Positions 1 to 10,379 of a stretch of 64,000 nt of DNA are shown piece by piece. The notes under the pieces are model-generated. The model did not search any database and was not told the origin of the DNA. It worked only from the letters and a program-made list of their open reading frames with translations. Source of the DNA: Narcine bancroftii (lineage: Eukaryota); assembly GCF_036971445.1 (NCBI RefSeq), contig NC_091478.1:62930001-62994000 (forward strand), in the 5' to 3' direction. The stretch's first letter is position 1. Every line of letters begins with the position of its first letter. The position numbers and the translations under genes are program-made.

Positions 1-19
1 CATTCCCCCAGGTTCACTG

Positions 20-194
20 TGTCACATTTGTGGCCCGAAATGTGAAGTTAATAAAACATTAAACACAAGTTTTATCAGGTAAACTTCTCAGTGGCTTTAT
101 TTTCCCGTTTCCTTCGTTCTCCTGCTTGTGTTCTTATCTCTCTCTCATACCACGTGACTTCCGGTACATCTCATACATATTCATTATCATGACG
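20..194 (-). repeat. 3' LTR of the Gypsy element
   Basis: Direct repeat of 4578-4752 with 3 differences by eye; adjacent polypurine tract AAAGGAGGGA on the minus strand (195-204). Confidence 0.96.
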
Positions 195-372
195 TCCCTC
201 CTTTAATCAGAAATAAACTTTACCTTCACTTACCAATATCCCTCGGAAACATACAAACATCGTAACTAATGGTAATACTATAACTCAACTACATAAAATT
301 TACTTCCTACAGCACTCATACATGCACTTTATGATATAAGATTAAAATACTCTCCCAAAGTTCTTATCAAAA

Positions 373-3300
373 CTATGGCACAAAGTCTTCGTATCGTTTG
401 GGCACTTTCCGGTTTCGTTTCGGCCTGCCTGCGATATTGTCGTCGCTTCTCGGTTGTTCACTCTCGGCGTCGGAAATACTGCTCGCCTCGGCTTCGGGTG
501 TTTCTGGCGCTCTAGTCACTTCATCAGGAGTGCTAGTAACTGCCTCTGGAACATCATCAGGTCTCTCAGTTTCAGCATCTCGTATTGGCCTTTCAACCTC
601 TTCGCTCGATGTATCTCTGGACTGGTACCTTTTTACACTTGATAAATTTTTCTTATACAGGACTCCAGTCGGAGACTTGACTGTCACCATACTGCCACTT
701 CTGGATACAACAGTATAGGGTTGATGGTAATAAGGTGTGTCTAGCTTACCACCAGTTTCATGCCTCACTAGAACATTATCTCCTGGCATGATGTCTGAGT
801 ACTTGGCTCCACGTTTCGAATCTGTGTACAACTTTGCTGCACCTTTCTTTTCAGCACCATGGTCCCTCATCTCCTGGTCGTCTCGGATTTCCTTTATTTC
901 TGGCATTTTTGTGTGGATTTTTCTCCCAAAAAATGCTTCTGCAGGACTTTTTCCAGTGGTTGCATGAGGCGTTGCTCAATAGACAGCCACATAAGATAGC
1001 AATGCTTCTCGCCAATTTTGTCCTGTGTGTGCAATCCTCAATCGTTTTTCAATGTACTGGTTTTGTCTCTCTACTTCTCCGTTGGCTTGCGGCCATTTTG
1101 AGTTACTTTATGATGGTGGATACCTGTGGTCCTCATGTATTCCGCAAATGTCTCTGAAATGAATTGTGGACCATTTCAGAGTATAATGTAACAGGTAATC
1201 CATATCTTGCGAATATCTCTGCTAACGCTTGTATTGTTTTTTCAGTGGTTGTGGACTTCAACACCACGTACTCATAGTATCTGCTGTAGTAATCTATCAC
1301 TACCATAATTGATTCACCCCCGTCGGTAAAGGTCCAAGAAAATCAACAGCTACGTCGATCCATGGTCCTGTCGGAAGTTGCGTACTCCGGATCGGTTCTG
1401 GCGGATTACTCCTACTTGTGATTTGACATCCGTGACAAGTTTTAACTAATTTCTCTGCGTCTTTATCACAACCTGGCCACCATACCTTGGTCCTGAGGTT
1501 TTGCTTGGTACCAACAATGCCTAGGTGTCCTTCATGCGCTAAGGATACGATCTTCGGTCTCAATCTTTGCGGTATCACCAATCTGCAACCTCTTAATACA
1601 CACTTTCCGATGCAACAAAGTTCGTCTCTAATGGGAATGTAAGCCTTGTGAGTACACTTGTCCCATTGTCCACTCCGTATGCATTCTCTTACTTCCCTGA
1701 GTTCTGGATCACGTTCGGATTCTCTCTCGACTTCCTTCGTAGTCACAGCTTTCGGTGTCGCCTAAATAGCTATGAAGCTTACAAAGCTCTCTGTTTCTGT
1801 TCCCAATTCTGACTTGGATTGTGGATCACCATCCTTCACCAATCTGGACAGCGGATCAGCAATGTTTGTTTTCCCTGCAATGTGGATTACTTTATATTTG
1901 TAGGGTTGTAGTCTGAGTACCCATCTCTCTATTCTGGCACATGGTTTGGATCTAGGTGCATAGATCACCTCTAACGGCTTATGATCTGTGATGAGTTCAA
2001 ATTCAATGCCGTATAAATATGCATGGAACCTCTCACAGGCCCATACAAGTCCGAGTGCTTCTTTCTCTGTCTGAGAGTATCTTCTTTCCACATCTGATAA
2101 CAATCTGCTGGCATAGGCAATGATTCTTGGTCCTCCATCATGCATCTGGACCAACACAGCTCCTAAACCAACCGGGCTGGCATTCGCTATGACTTTGGTT
2201 GATGCCGCCGGATCGTAATATCCAAGAGTTTTTGCATCTGTCAGGCTTTGCTTCAGCGCTGTGAACGCTTTCTTCTGCTCAGATCCAAAATGAAAAGGTA
2301 CACCTTTCCTTAGTGGTTCTGCCACTGTAGCGAAATTAGGAATGAACTTTGCACAAAAATTGACCAATCCCAGGAAACTCCTCACCTCTGTTGCGTTCTT
2401 AGGTGCACATGCCTCTGCAATAGCTTTCACCTTGGCCTCTGCAGGGTTTAGTCCTTCCCATGTAAGTCTGTGTCCCATGAAGTCCATTTCTGACACACCG
2501 AACTGGCACTTGTTTCCATTCACAGTAAGGCCTGCCTCCTGTAGTCTAGATAGTACACACCTCAACCGTTTGTCATGCTCTTCCTTCATTGGTGCATGGA
2601 CTATGATGTCGTCAGAAATGTAGGCAACTCCAGGAATGCCTTGAATTACTCGATGGATTTCATACTGGTAGATCTCCGAAGCTGCATTAATTCCAAATGA
2701 TAGTCTCTTGTAACGATACAATCCACAGTGAGTCACAAATGTAGTTACATCTCGGGAACCTGGATCCAGCTCTAATTGATGATAGCCCCATTTCAGATCA
2801 ATTTTTGAGAATACCTTGCTGGTAGTTAGTTCTTGAAGTATTTCCTCCACTGTTGGTATAGGGTGTCGTTCTCTAATTATAGTTTCATTGGCCATTCTCA
2901 TGTCAACACATAGTCTTATGTCACCCTTTGGTTTGGGCACAATCACTACAGGACTGACCCATTGTGTCGAATGTTCCACCGGTTCAATAATGTCTTGTTC
3001 AATCAATTCTTTAATTTTGGCTTCGACTTTCCCACGAAGTCCAAACGGAGTTCAGCGCATTGGTTGTGCCTTGGGTTTGACTGTTTCATCTACCACTAGC
3101 TTTAATTGTCGACCTTTCAGCTTTCCTACTCCTTGGAAGACTGCGGGGAATTCTTGCTTCATATCCTCGTATGACTGAATTGAATTGACACAAGCTCCAA
3201 TATGAAGTATTGCCAGGTCTTCTTCTACTCAGCAATGGTTCTCCCCTCTCTTCTATGACCATAAACTCTGCTTCGGTGTACTTATCTCCAGCTTCAACAG

Positions 3301-4447
3301 TTGCAGTAAAACATCCAATGGTCTGCAATGGCTTGGTTGCTGTGTATGGATACAGTTTCTTGGAACACTTCTTTGAGGTACAGATGATCTTTTTCCTTTT
3401 CAACTTCTCCCATAAATGTTGATCAATCACATTACTGTCACTGCCTGAGTCTACAATGACCTGCACTGTCACTCCACCAATGATCACTGGGACCTTCTCA
3501 TGACGTACTTCATTCAACGTAAATTGGTAACAACTCTGTTCCTCCTGGGTATCATCATCGTCACTGTCTATCTGGCGAATGGTATCTTTCTTTCCAGGAT
3601 ACTTTCCTTTCCCCCAGGCTTTGCCTTTGGAAGCTGTACTCTTCCTCTTCTGGTCTGCATTGGACTTGCTTTTGCACTTCTTTGCAAAGTGGTCCTAACC
3701 TCCACACTTTCTGCAAACTTTGCCTTTGGCCGGGCAATATGGGTCTTTTCCAAAGTGACCTCGGTTTCCACATCGATAACACTCCACGTCCTGTGTCGAC
3801 GTATATCTTGGCTGATTATGGCGATGTGAGAGCCTCTTAATTTGCTGGCTTGAGTTGTCTTTCAGGGTCATGGTATGAAATTGCCCTTCAACAGCCTCTA
3901 ATGCAGCAGCAATGGTTAAAGCATCGGTGAGTTCCAACTCACTCCCTCTTTCCAGTAGACGTCTTCTGAGTTTATCTGATCTACAGTGCTGTACGACTTG
4001 ATCCAATAATTGGTTGTCCAAATCAGCTGGCATGTAATTGCATCCAACAGCTAGCTGGCGTAGCTTCGTCACGTACTGAGCAATTGTCTGGCCATTTTCT
4101 TGTCTCGTTCTCCGAAACAAATGGCGTTGAAATGTAGCATTCGGTGTCACTACAAAGTGTGCATTTAATGCATCTACCGCTTTCTGGTACTCATCCTTTC
4201 TTCCAGTATTCAAAAGTGTCTTAAATGTTTCCCGAACTGCGGGTCCAGCAGTGAAAAGAAGTAACGCCCTTCTCTACGCTTTTTGTTCAACTGTACCGGT
4301 ATCTAGAAATAGGCCACGACTGTCGGCATAGGATTCAAATTCTTCCAGCCATGCCTTTCACTTCACACTTACATCACTTGCATCACTCGTCGGGTCAAAA
4401 TGAGCAATTCCACTATGTGTAAGAAAGTCACAGTTTGCACCAGCCAT
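373..4447 (-). pseudogene. Gypsy gag-pol polyprotein (disrupted)
   Basis: ORF fragments 3695-4213 (gag), 3086-3517 (protease), 1762-3006 (RT/RNase H), 1300-1746 and 373-906 (integrase); probable ATG at 4447. Confidence 0.93.
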
Positions 4448-4562
4448 GAGGAAATATTCCAGCCCCAAAAGTACTGAGTCACAGAGAAAATTCTTATCAC
4501 CTTGAAGTTGTCTGTAAACCTCTGTAATCTTGTTTAGTCTTTAATTTTCTTCAAGCTTCTTT

Positions 4563-4576
4563 CATCCTCGTCACCA
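4563..4576 (-). promoter_or_regulatory. Primer-binding site, tRNA-Ser(GCU)-type
   Basis: Minus strand TGGTGACGAGGATG directly after the LTR. It is complementary to the tRNA-Ser 3' end ...CATCCTCGTCGCCA with one CpG-type change. Confidence 0.85.
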
Positions 4577-4577
4577 A

Positions 4578-4752
4578 TGTCACATTTGTGGCCCGAAATG
4601 TGAAGTTAATAAAACATTAAACACAAGTTTTATCAGGTAAACTTCTCAGTGGCTTTATTTTCCTGTTTCCTTTGTTCTCCTGCTTGTGTTCTTATCTCTC
4701 TCTCATACCACGTGACTTCCGGTACATCTCATACATATTCATTATCATGACA
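4578..4752 (-). repeat. 5' LTR of the Gypsy element
   Basis: Direct repeat of 20-194, immediately next to the PBS. Confidence 0.96.
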
Positions 4753-4757
4753 CACTG

Positions 4758-4990
4758 GTTGCAGGCAATTCTTATACTGTGCACAGAATTTAACATTTAT
4801 AAAGTTCACCAGGCTTTGGTGCTTGAAAGGTAAATGGTTACCATCAAGGAAGGCTCTTGTCAGTTTTCAGAGTGAGATTTGTTGTTTCAGGACGTCCACA
4901 ACTGATGTATTTCCATCAGCCTCTACTGCATCTGGCATTTCGGGTGTTTCGGTATGATACCAGCTATCCTGGAAAATTTCTACAGATGCT
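4758..4990. repeat. Fragment of the LTR-like repeat into which the Gypsy element inserted
   Basis: CACTGGTTGCAGGCAATTCTT..TACTGTGCACAGA..AAAGTTCACCAG matches about 42085-42260 inside the solo LTR; end approximate. Confidence 0.8.
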
Positions 4991-5489
4991 TTGCACATCT
5001 CAAAGTGTGCTGACTGCTGCATCATGGTCTGGTATGAGAACACCAATACCTCTGAGCGTAAAACCACCAGAAAGGTACTAGACGCAGCCAAGGCATTTCA
5101 GGCAAAACCCTAGAACATCTACAGGGAACAGTTGCCCTCCTGTTCTTGATGATCCTACCGACGGATTAAACCCAATCTGATTATCTACCCCCTGTGCTTC
5201 TCATCTCGTCCATATTTCTAACGATAACCATATATAAATTTTAAATTTAGACATACAGCACGGTAACAAGCCCTTTCTGCCCACCAGCCCGACCCGCCCA
5301 ATTTACACCCAATTGACCTACAAAACCGGTATGTTTCTAAAGGTGGGAGGAAACCGTAGACCCGCGGAAACCCCACGTTTACAATGGACGGAAATTCTTT
5401 CTTGCTGCAGCCAAGCAGGTCCTCCGTAAAAAAAATCGACACCATCTACATTCAATTAAAGAAGGGATAATATTACAAGCTGCAGTATG

Positions 5490-5750
5490 GGATTCTAGGA
5501 CAAGAGGGCACAACTTCAGGATAAAAGGGCTAATAATTTCCTTAGCCAGAGGGTGGTGAGTCTGTGGAACTTGTTCCCACAGGCGGCTGTGGAAACCAGA
5601 TCGTTGGGAATATTTAAGGAAGAGATTGGCAGGTATTTGATTAGTCAGGGCATCAAGGGTTACGGGGAGAAGACCTGGGAGTGCGGCTGAGTAGGTGGAT
5701 GGATACAATAACGGAGAAGACTCGATGGGCCTACTTCTGCTCCAAAATCT
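5490..5750 (+). mobile_element. CR1 LINE 3' fragment (also in copy B, about 39390-39650)
   Basis: CR1-type C-terminal remnants (GACAAGAGGGCACAAC..., AGGGTGGTGAGTCTGTGGAAC, TCGATGGGCC). Confidence 0.75.
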
Positions 5751-5904
5751 TGTTACGTTGCAAGATACATGATGTTTGAGCATTACAGGATTAGTGTGAG
5801 AAGGGGGCGTTGTTTCGAGGGTAAATTCATCACAAATCATACTTTCTATATATTAAGTCGTCAAGGTGAATTCAGGAGGGCAAGAAATTAATGCATTTCA
5901 AGCT

Positions 5905-6060
5905 CCTACTTTTCCCCTTCCTCAATTATCGGTGCCAAACTCTGAAACGACGTCGTCTAATTATTTTCAACATATAAATTCAACATCCCAACGCTCACTT
6001 CCAGGATGTGATAAGCCCCGGCAACTCGTCATACAACCCAAACGTCAGACGTCGCTTCAC
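5905..6060 (+). promoter_or_regulatory. Candidate proximal promoter of gene A
   Basis: TTCCCCTTCCTC (ETS/PU.1-like), CACTTCC (ETS), TGATAAG (GATA) and AACGTCA (CRE half-site) within about 200 bp of the ATG. All are conserved in copy B (about 39810-39965). Short motifs, so function is inferred. Confidence 0.4.
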
Positions 6061-6108
6061 ATTTAACAGTGCTCCTTACTGCAAGGTCATTTGAATCCCC
6101 TATTCAGA

Positions 6109-6133
6109 ATGGTTCTCCTTCTGCTTCTCCGAG
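6109..6133 (+). CDS. Gene A exon 1: leader peptide MVLLLLLR
   Basis: ATG plus hydrophobic run, phase-1 donor G|GTAATA; 15 nt shorter than the gene B leader. Confidence 0.8.
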
Positions 6134-6249
6134 GTAATATTTAACCAGTACCATTTTGTTCCTTGTTCTACTTATTTAGTTCTCTCTCTTTATCTCCCAT
6201 CTCGATGCCGGCCTCACCGATTTAATTGCGCCATGTTACATTTTCTCAG

Positions 6250-6573
6250 CAGTTGCAGATCAGCGAGGTTTTCATGTAAATCAATTACCCAAAGAAACCA
6301 GTATACCAGTCGGGGGAAATGTTACCTTTTATTGTGTGTTGCCCATCATCCGCGACAAGTCCAGTGTGAAGGTCTACTGGTGGAAGGAGGGTGAGAATGC
6401 ATACCAACACAGCGATGTCGCCAATGGAAAACGATATGGTCTCCGAGGTAGAGCAAGTTGGTACTTTGAGTTGTGCAAAGCAACTGTCCAAGATTCTGGA
6501 GTATATCGCTGTTCCGTCATCGGTCCGGAAATGGTTGCAATCAATGGAAGTGGATCGCGTCTAATTGTTCACG
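6250..6573 (+). CDS. Gene A exon 2: Ig V-set domain, germline-joined VJ type
   Basis: Acceptor TTTTCTCAG and donor G|GTAAAT, phase 1-1, 324 nt. Translates AVADQRGFHVNQLPKETSIPVGGNVTFYCVLPIIRDKSSVKVYWWKEG...YFELCKATVQDSGVYRCSVIGPEMVAINGSGSRLIVH, with B-strand Cys, C-strand Trp, DSGxYxC and J-like GSGSRLIV. Confidence 0.95.
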
Positions 6574-7206
6574 GTAAATCATATTAACGGGAAAAGCAAA
6601 CAGCGAATAACTGTCTGAACAATAAGAAACGGAAAGGCTGGTAGACAGACCATGATTTGTCGATACCCCTCTACCCGCTCAATGAAGATGAGGAAGGCAG
6701 AGATTCTGCCGCCCGTCTCCCAACTCGTACAGTTCGCGGTTAAGTTCATGCCCGCCCGAAGAGTCTTTCTGCAACGTGGCACAAAGCTTTATGGATTCTC
6801 ATTTGTATTGTCTGGTATATTCACCATCCTCACCCAGGCCCCCATCCTATAACTATTTTGTCTGATGTGGATCAAACAACCTGCAAATAAAAGCATTCCT
6901 CAGCCATTCTATACTCAGACGATCATCGCTCCACCATTGTCCGAGTACATTGCGGGAATAATATCGCAAGTTATCAGTAGCAAAAAAACACCATTGAAAA
7001 TGGTGGAAGGAGAAGGCAACCACCCATTCACTCCCCCGCCCCGCACACTCACACACACCTTTAACCTTTCCCTTTTTAATTCGGCGGAGAAGCTCGTTCG
7101 TGCTCATTTTTGTTCATGGAATATTGGTTACTTCCCAATTACTTACAGGAAAGAATTAGTCCGCATTCTGTCTTTCTCACGCAACATTGACAGATTTGTT
7201 TCTTCT

Positions 7207-7452
7207 GGGGCTACACGGTAGGCAAAGCGGTTCGCGCAACGCTGTTAACAGAGGCAGCGACCGGGAACGGGGGTTCGACTCCCGCGCTTTCTCCCAGTGT
7301 CTGCGTGGATTTTTCTCCGGGCTCCGGTTTCCTCCCACAATTGAAAATGTACCAGAATCGTAGGTTAATTTCGTGTAATTGGGCTGCACGGACTTGTGGG
7401 CCGAAATGGCCTGTTATCGTGCTGTAACTTTAAATTTCAATTTTTAAATTTA
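7207..7452 (+). mobile_element. tRNA-derived V-SINE-type element
   Basis: tRNA-like head with B-box GGTTCGACTCC, central GCGTGG..TTCTCCGGGCTCCGGTTTCCTCCCAC, tail GGGCCGAAATGGCCTGTT. Related fragments on the minus strand near 5240-5380 and 39140-39280. Confidence 0.8.
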
Positions 7453-8252
7453 AGCCAGTGTTTGTAAAGTATGATTATTCATACAACACAATTAGTATCG
7501 CAATTTATTATCTTGTTATTAGAATGGAATATGATCCATTATGAATTAAACATTATATGTCTATTTCACATCCGTGACGTGAAATTACGGACCAATGTTC
7601 AATTTCCCAGCGAATCAAAATCCATCATTTTCATTAATTCCAACCGAAAGAAGGAGCTCGAAACCAATTCTTGTTTTGGAGAGTTTTTGCCGCTAACCAT
7701 CCCCAATGTACTAGTGTCATGTTAGTTTGAAAGGTTGCAAAGACAAAATATGCAACTTATATCATTGCAAAGAAACCACTGAATCCACTGTCCTTGCCTT
7801 GGATAAAGAAAGTAACACTACCTGTTGAGTAACAAAATTATTGGCTTTCTTTCAGCAATTGTTATGCCCAGGTTTTCAGTCTAATACTGCCCTCAGTAAC
7901 TCGCTTTATCATCTAAGACATGCGGAATATTCTTCGCTATCAGTGTGCAATAATCACGGAGGAGCTCTCATTATAAAATACCCCGACATCCTCGCACAAA
8001 GTGTTCTTAGTGGATTATTTGGATTACGAATGGGGAAAACGACTTTCTGACGGAGGGTTTGGTTCGGCCTGTATCCCAAATATTCAGATATGTTAGTTAA
8101 GTGAACAGATAACGACTTCTTCTGTTTTACGGGGGATTGGGATTTTCAAATAGCATAATTCGAATTAATAAATGAGACTGGGAAAGAATTGTTTTATAAT
8201 TTCCCAGTCATTGGATTAAATTAATTCAAATCTTTATTTACTCGTATTTCAG

Positions 8253-8549
8253 TGGCGCCAACTCCACTGAAAATCTACTCCAAGACTGTTGATGGGAATC
8301 CACTCACTAGACATGTTCTCGTATGCGAAACGGCTGCATTTTACCCGGAGAATCTCACCCTAATTTGGTACTGAAATGGAACGAAAATCACAGCGGGAAC
8401 TCATACAAGAAAAGAGAAGAACGCGGAGGGACTGTATGTAGTTTCCAGCGATTTAACCTACAGCAACGGCGAGGATCAATATGCCTGCAAGGTATATCAC
8501 CTCTCTCTCCAGACTCCAGCCGTTGCCAGGTATTCTGTTGCGAAACAAG
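8253..8549 (+). pseudogene. Gene A exon 3: Ig C1-set domain with in-frame TGA at 8372-8374
   Basis: Acceptor GTATTTCAG and donor G|GTATGT, phase 1-1, 297 nt. Translates VAPTPLKIYSKTVDGNPLTRHVLVCETAAFYPENLTLIWY*NGTKITAGTHTRKEKNAEGLYVVSSDLTYSNGEDQYACKVYHLSLQTPAVARYSVAKQ. C1 hallmarks: C..FYP, W, N.xG.Y, YxCxVxH. Confidence 0.92.
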
Positions 8550-9008
8550 GTATGTCGTCAACAGTCTAGTGAGTCGTGATTTGTTGTAAATGCCTTGATG
8601 CATTGTATAAATTCTTGCAGTTAATAATTCCGAAATTAAATCATTCAAATTCCATGGGGAAATATCGGATGGAGCATTGATTTCATTTCCAATTTGTAAA
8701 AGAAAACCTGTGCGTCTGAGGCATGGCCAGTCAAATGCCGTTGGCAATCATTTTTTCAAAAAATTGCTGCGCTACAAAAGCATAGAGATATTAATCGTTC
8801 ACGTTTTGTACCCACCTCATTATCATTAGGTTTCTTTTGTTTGCGATTTTAAGTGTGTCAGAGTTTTGCTCTACCACCATCTCTAAACTTCTTGACTTCA
8901 CGATGAAATGGCTGTCTTTTAAAGTATTTAACATTTGTTATAGTTCAAATAAAAATGATTAATCATCATAAGACAGATGAAATATTTAACGTTCCTGATT
9001 CATTTCAG

Positions 9009-9046
9009 ATTTGGGTCCCACGCCCCACACACGTCCCCTTTCATGA
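9009..9046 (+). CDS. Candidate short terminal (secreted tailpiece) exon of gene A, DLGPTPHTRPLS*
   Basis: Acceptor TTCCTGATTCATTTCAG, phase-1 compatible with the C1 exon, 12 hydrophilic codons then TGA. Short, so it could be chance. Confidence 0.35.
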
Positions 9047-9164
9047 ACATCCATTGCCATTCATGCGACTTCAAAGTTCGACCGGTCTGTGCTCTACACG
9101 CCACCGATATTAGAATCGTATTTGACGCAACTTCACCTGGCTGGCACTGTCAAGTAATCTCTGC

Positions 9165-9170
9165 TTCTCT

Positions 9171-9222
<52 letters not shown>
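9165..9222. repeat. Compound (CT)n(CA)n microsatellite
   Basis: Directly visible. Confidence 0.95.
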
Positions 9223-9223
<1 letters not shown>

Positions 9224-9599
9224 TGACAGAAAGCCTGTTTGTCTCTCCTCCAACAGCAAAACTCTCCTGCAGACAATAGTGGCTCCAGCCTGCTCTTTCA
9301 TCTGTTTCCTTGATAAACAATAATCCATTAGTGACATCTTTTGAGCACTTCAAAGCTCTTGCAAAAATGTACGAGAAGCCACTATGTCTCCAGTATTTCA
9401 AATGAGATCTGTTTTAAGGTGTTTTCATGTGACTTACTCTAACAAATTTTTCCTAATTTGTCTCCCAAAAACATTTTTATATACTTTGTATCAACACAAA
9501 CCATCTTCTCAAAATTACACCAAATGTTTTCTATCAGGATAAAAAAAAAGTGCAGATTTTTTTAGTAAATAGGTACCCTTTCCTTCTTCCCCTATTCGA

Positions 9600-10047
9600 C
9601 GTGATCTACCGGGATCATTGTCTGAAGAGGTCCCCTTTCATTCTGCACACAGCTCTCAACTGCTCCTATTGGGAAAGAGATGCAGGAGTATCAGAGCCAC
9701 CACCACCAGACTGAGGAACAGCTTCTTTCCACGGGCAGTGAGAATGGTGAACGATCAAAGGAACTGCTCACACTGACCATCTGAGATTCTACTATTTACT
9801 AAATAGCACATATATACAGATACGTGCATGCATATATATGTGTGTGTGTATTTATTTATCTGTCCACCTATTTATTTATCTATCTATTTATTTATTTGTT
9901 TGTTTGTGTGTATTTCTCCTGCTTGTGTATTGTTTGGATGTAGTTTATGTTTGGTTCTGTGTCTGTGTGTTTTGCACCTTGGACCGGAGAAGGCCATTTC
10001 AGCCTGTTCTATTTGTTCAATCAGATGAAAATAAACTTGAGCTTGAA
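9600..10047 (+). mobile_element. Rex1/Babar-like LINE 3' end
   Basis: ACCACCAGACTGAGGAACAGCTTCTTTCC and tail AATAAACTTGAGCTTGAAC; boundaries approximate. Confidence 0.65.
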
Positions 10048-10379
10048 CGCTATTATGTCTAGTGTAAAAATATGACTACATGAGGCGTTGCGTTATTTGT
10101 TGTATGAGGCTAAATGACATAGATTCCTATGTCATTTGAACTCCCCTTCCCATTCTCAATTCCAGTTGTCTGCCCTAGGGCTTCTCCATGGCCTTTGCTT
10201 TCTTGATGCGCCTACCGAGGGATAAAAAAATGAGTCTGTCTATCCTCCCTGTACTTCTCATAACTGTCCATATGTCATATGCAGTGCACCATGTGTGGAA
10301 ATTCTTACTTGCTGCATCCGAACCGGTACATGGTTAAAAAAAAGTCAACTACAATATTACATCAAATTAAAAGCAGAAT

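Larger units (their letters stand above)
20..4752 (-). mobile_element. Full-length Ty3/Gypsy LTR retrotransposon (Mag-like), coding region decayed
   Basis: Two 175-bp direct repeats (20-194, 4578-4752) starting TGTCA and ending TGAC(A/G). 5-bp TSD CACTG at 15-19 and 4753-4757. Minus-strand ORF pieces in gag-PR-RT-RNaseH-IN order: CCHC knuckles (CYRCGNRGHFGKDPYC), protease IVDSGS, RT YISDDII, RNase H TDHKPL, integrase AHEGHLG...CHGC. Several stops and frameshifts. Confidence 0.97.
5133..8894 (+). repeat. Segmental duplication, copy A (upstream region to C1 intron)
   Basis: Collinear with 39032-41609. Homology starts at TGCCCTCC.GTTCTTGATGATCC and ends at CTCTAAACTTCTTG. Confidence 0.95.

Noticed and set aside
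6336-6587. 83-aa ORF as a stand-alone gene, or as a rearranging Ig/TCR V segment
   Set aside because: It is part of a spliced V exon; the J-like strand is already joined and no RSS is evident.
7207-7300. tRNA gene
   Set aside because: Has a B-box but continues into a SINE body and tail; no complete cloverleaf seen.
8372-8374. TGA as selenocysteine or programmed readthrough
   Set aside because: The position corresponds to a basic residue in WYxNG, not Cys; no SECIS recognised; CpG decay is simpler.
8323-8589. ORF-track protein MRNGCILPG... (and its copy in 40867-41277)
   Set aside because: Off-frame reading of the C1 exon; the Ig C1 motifs are in another frame.
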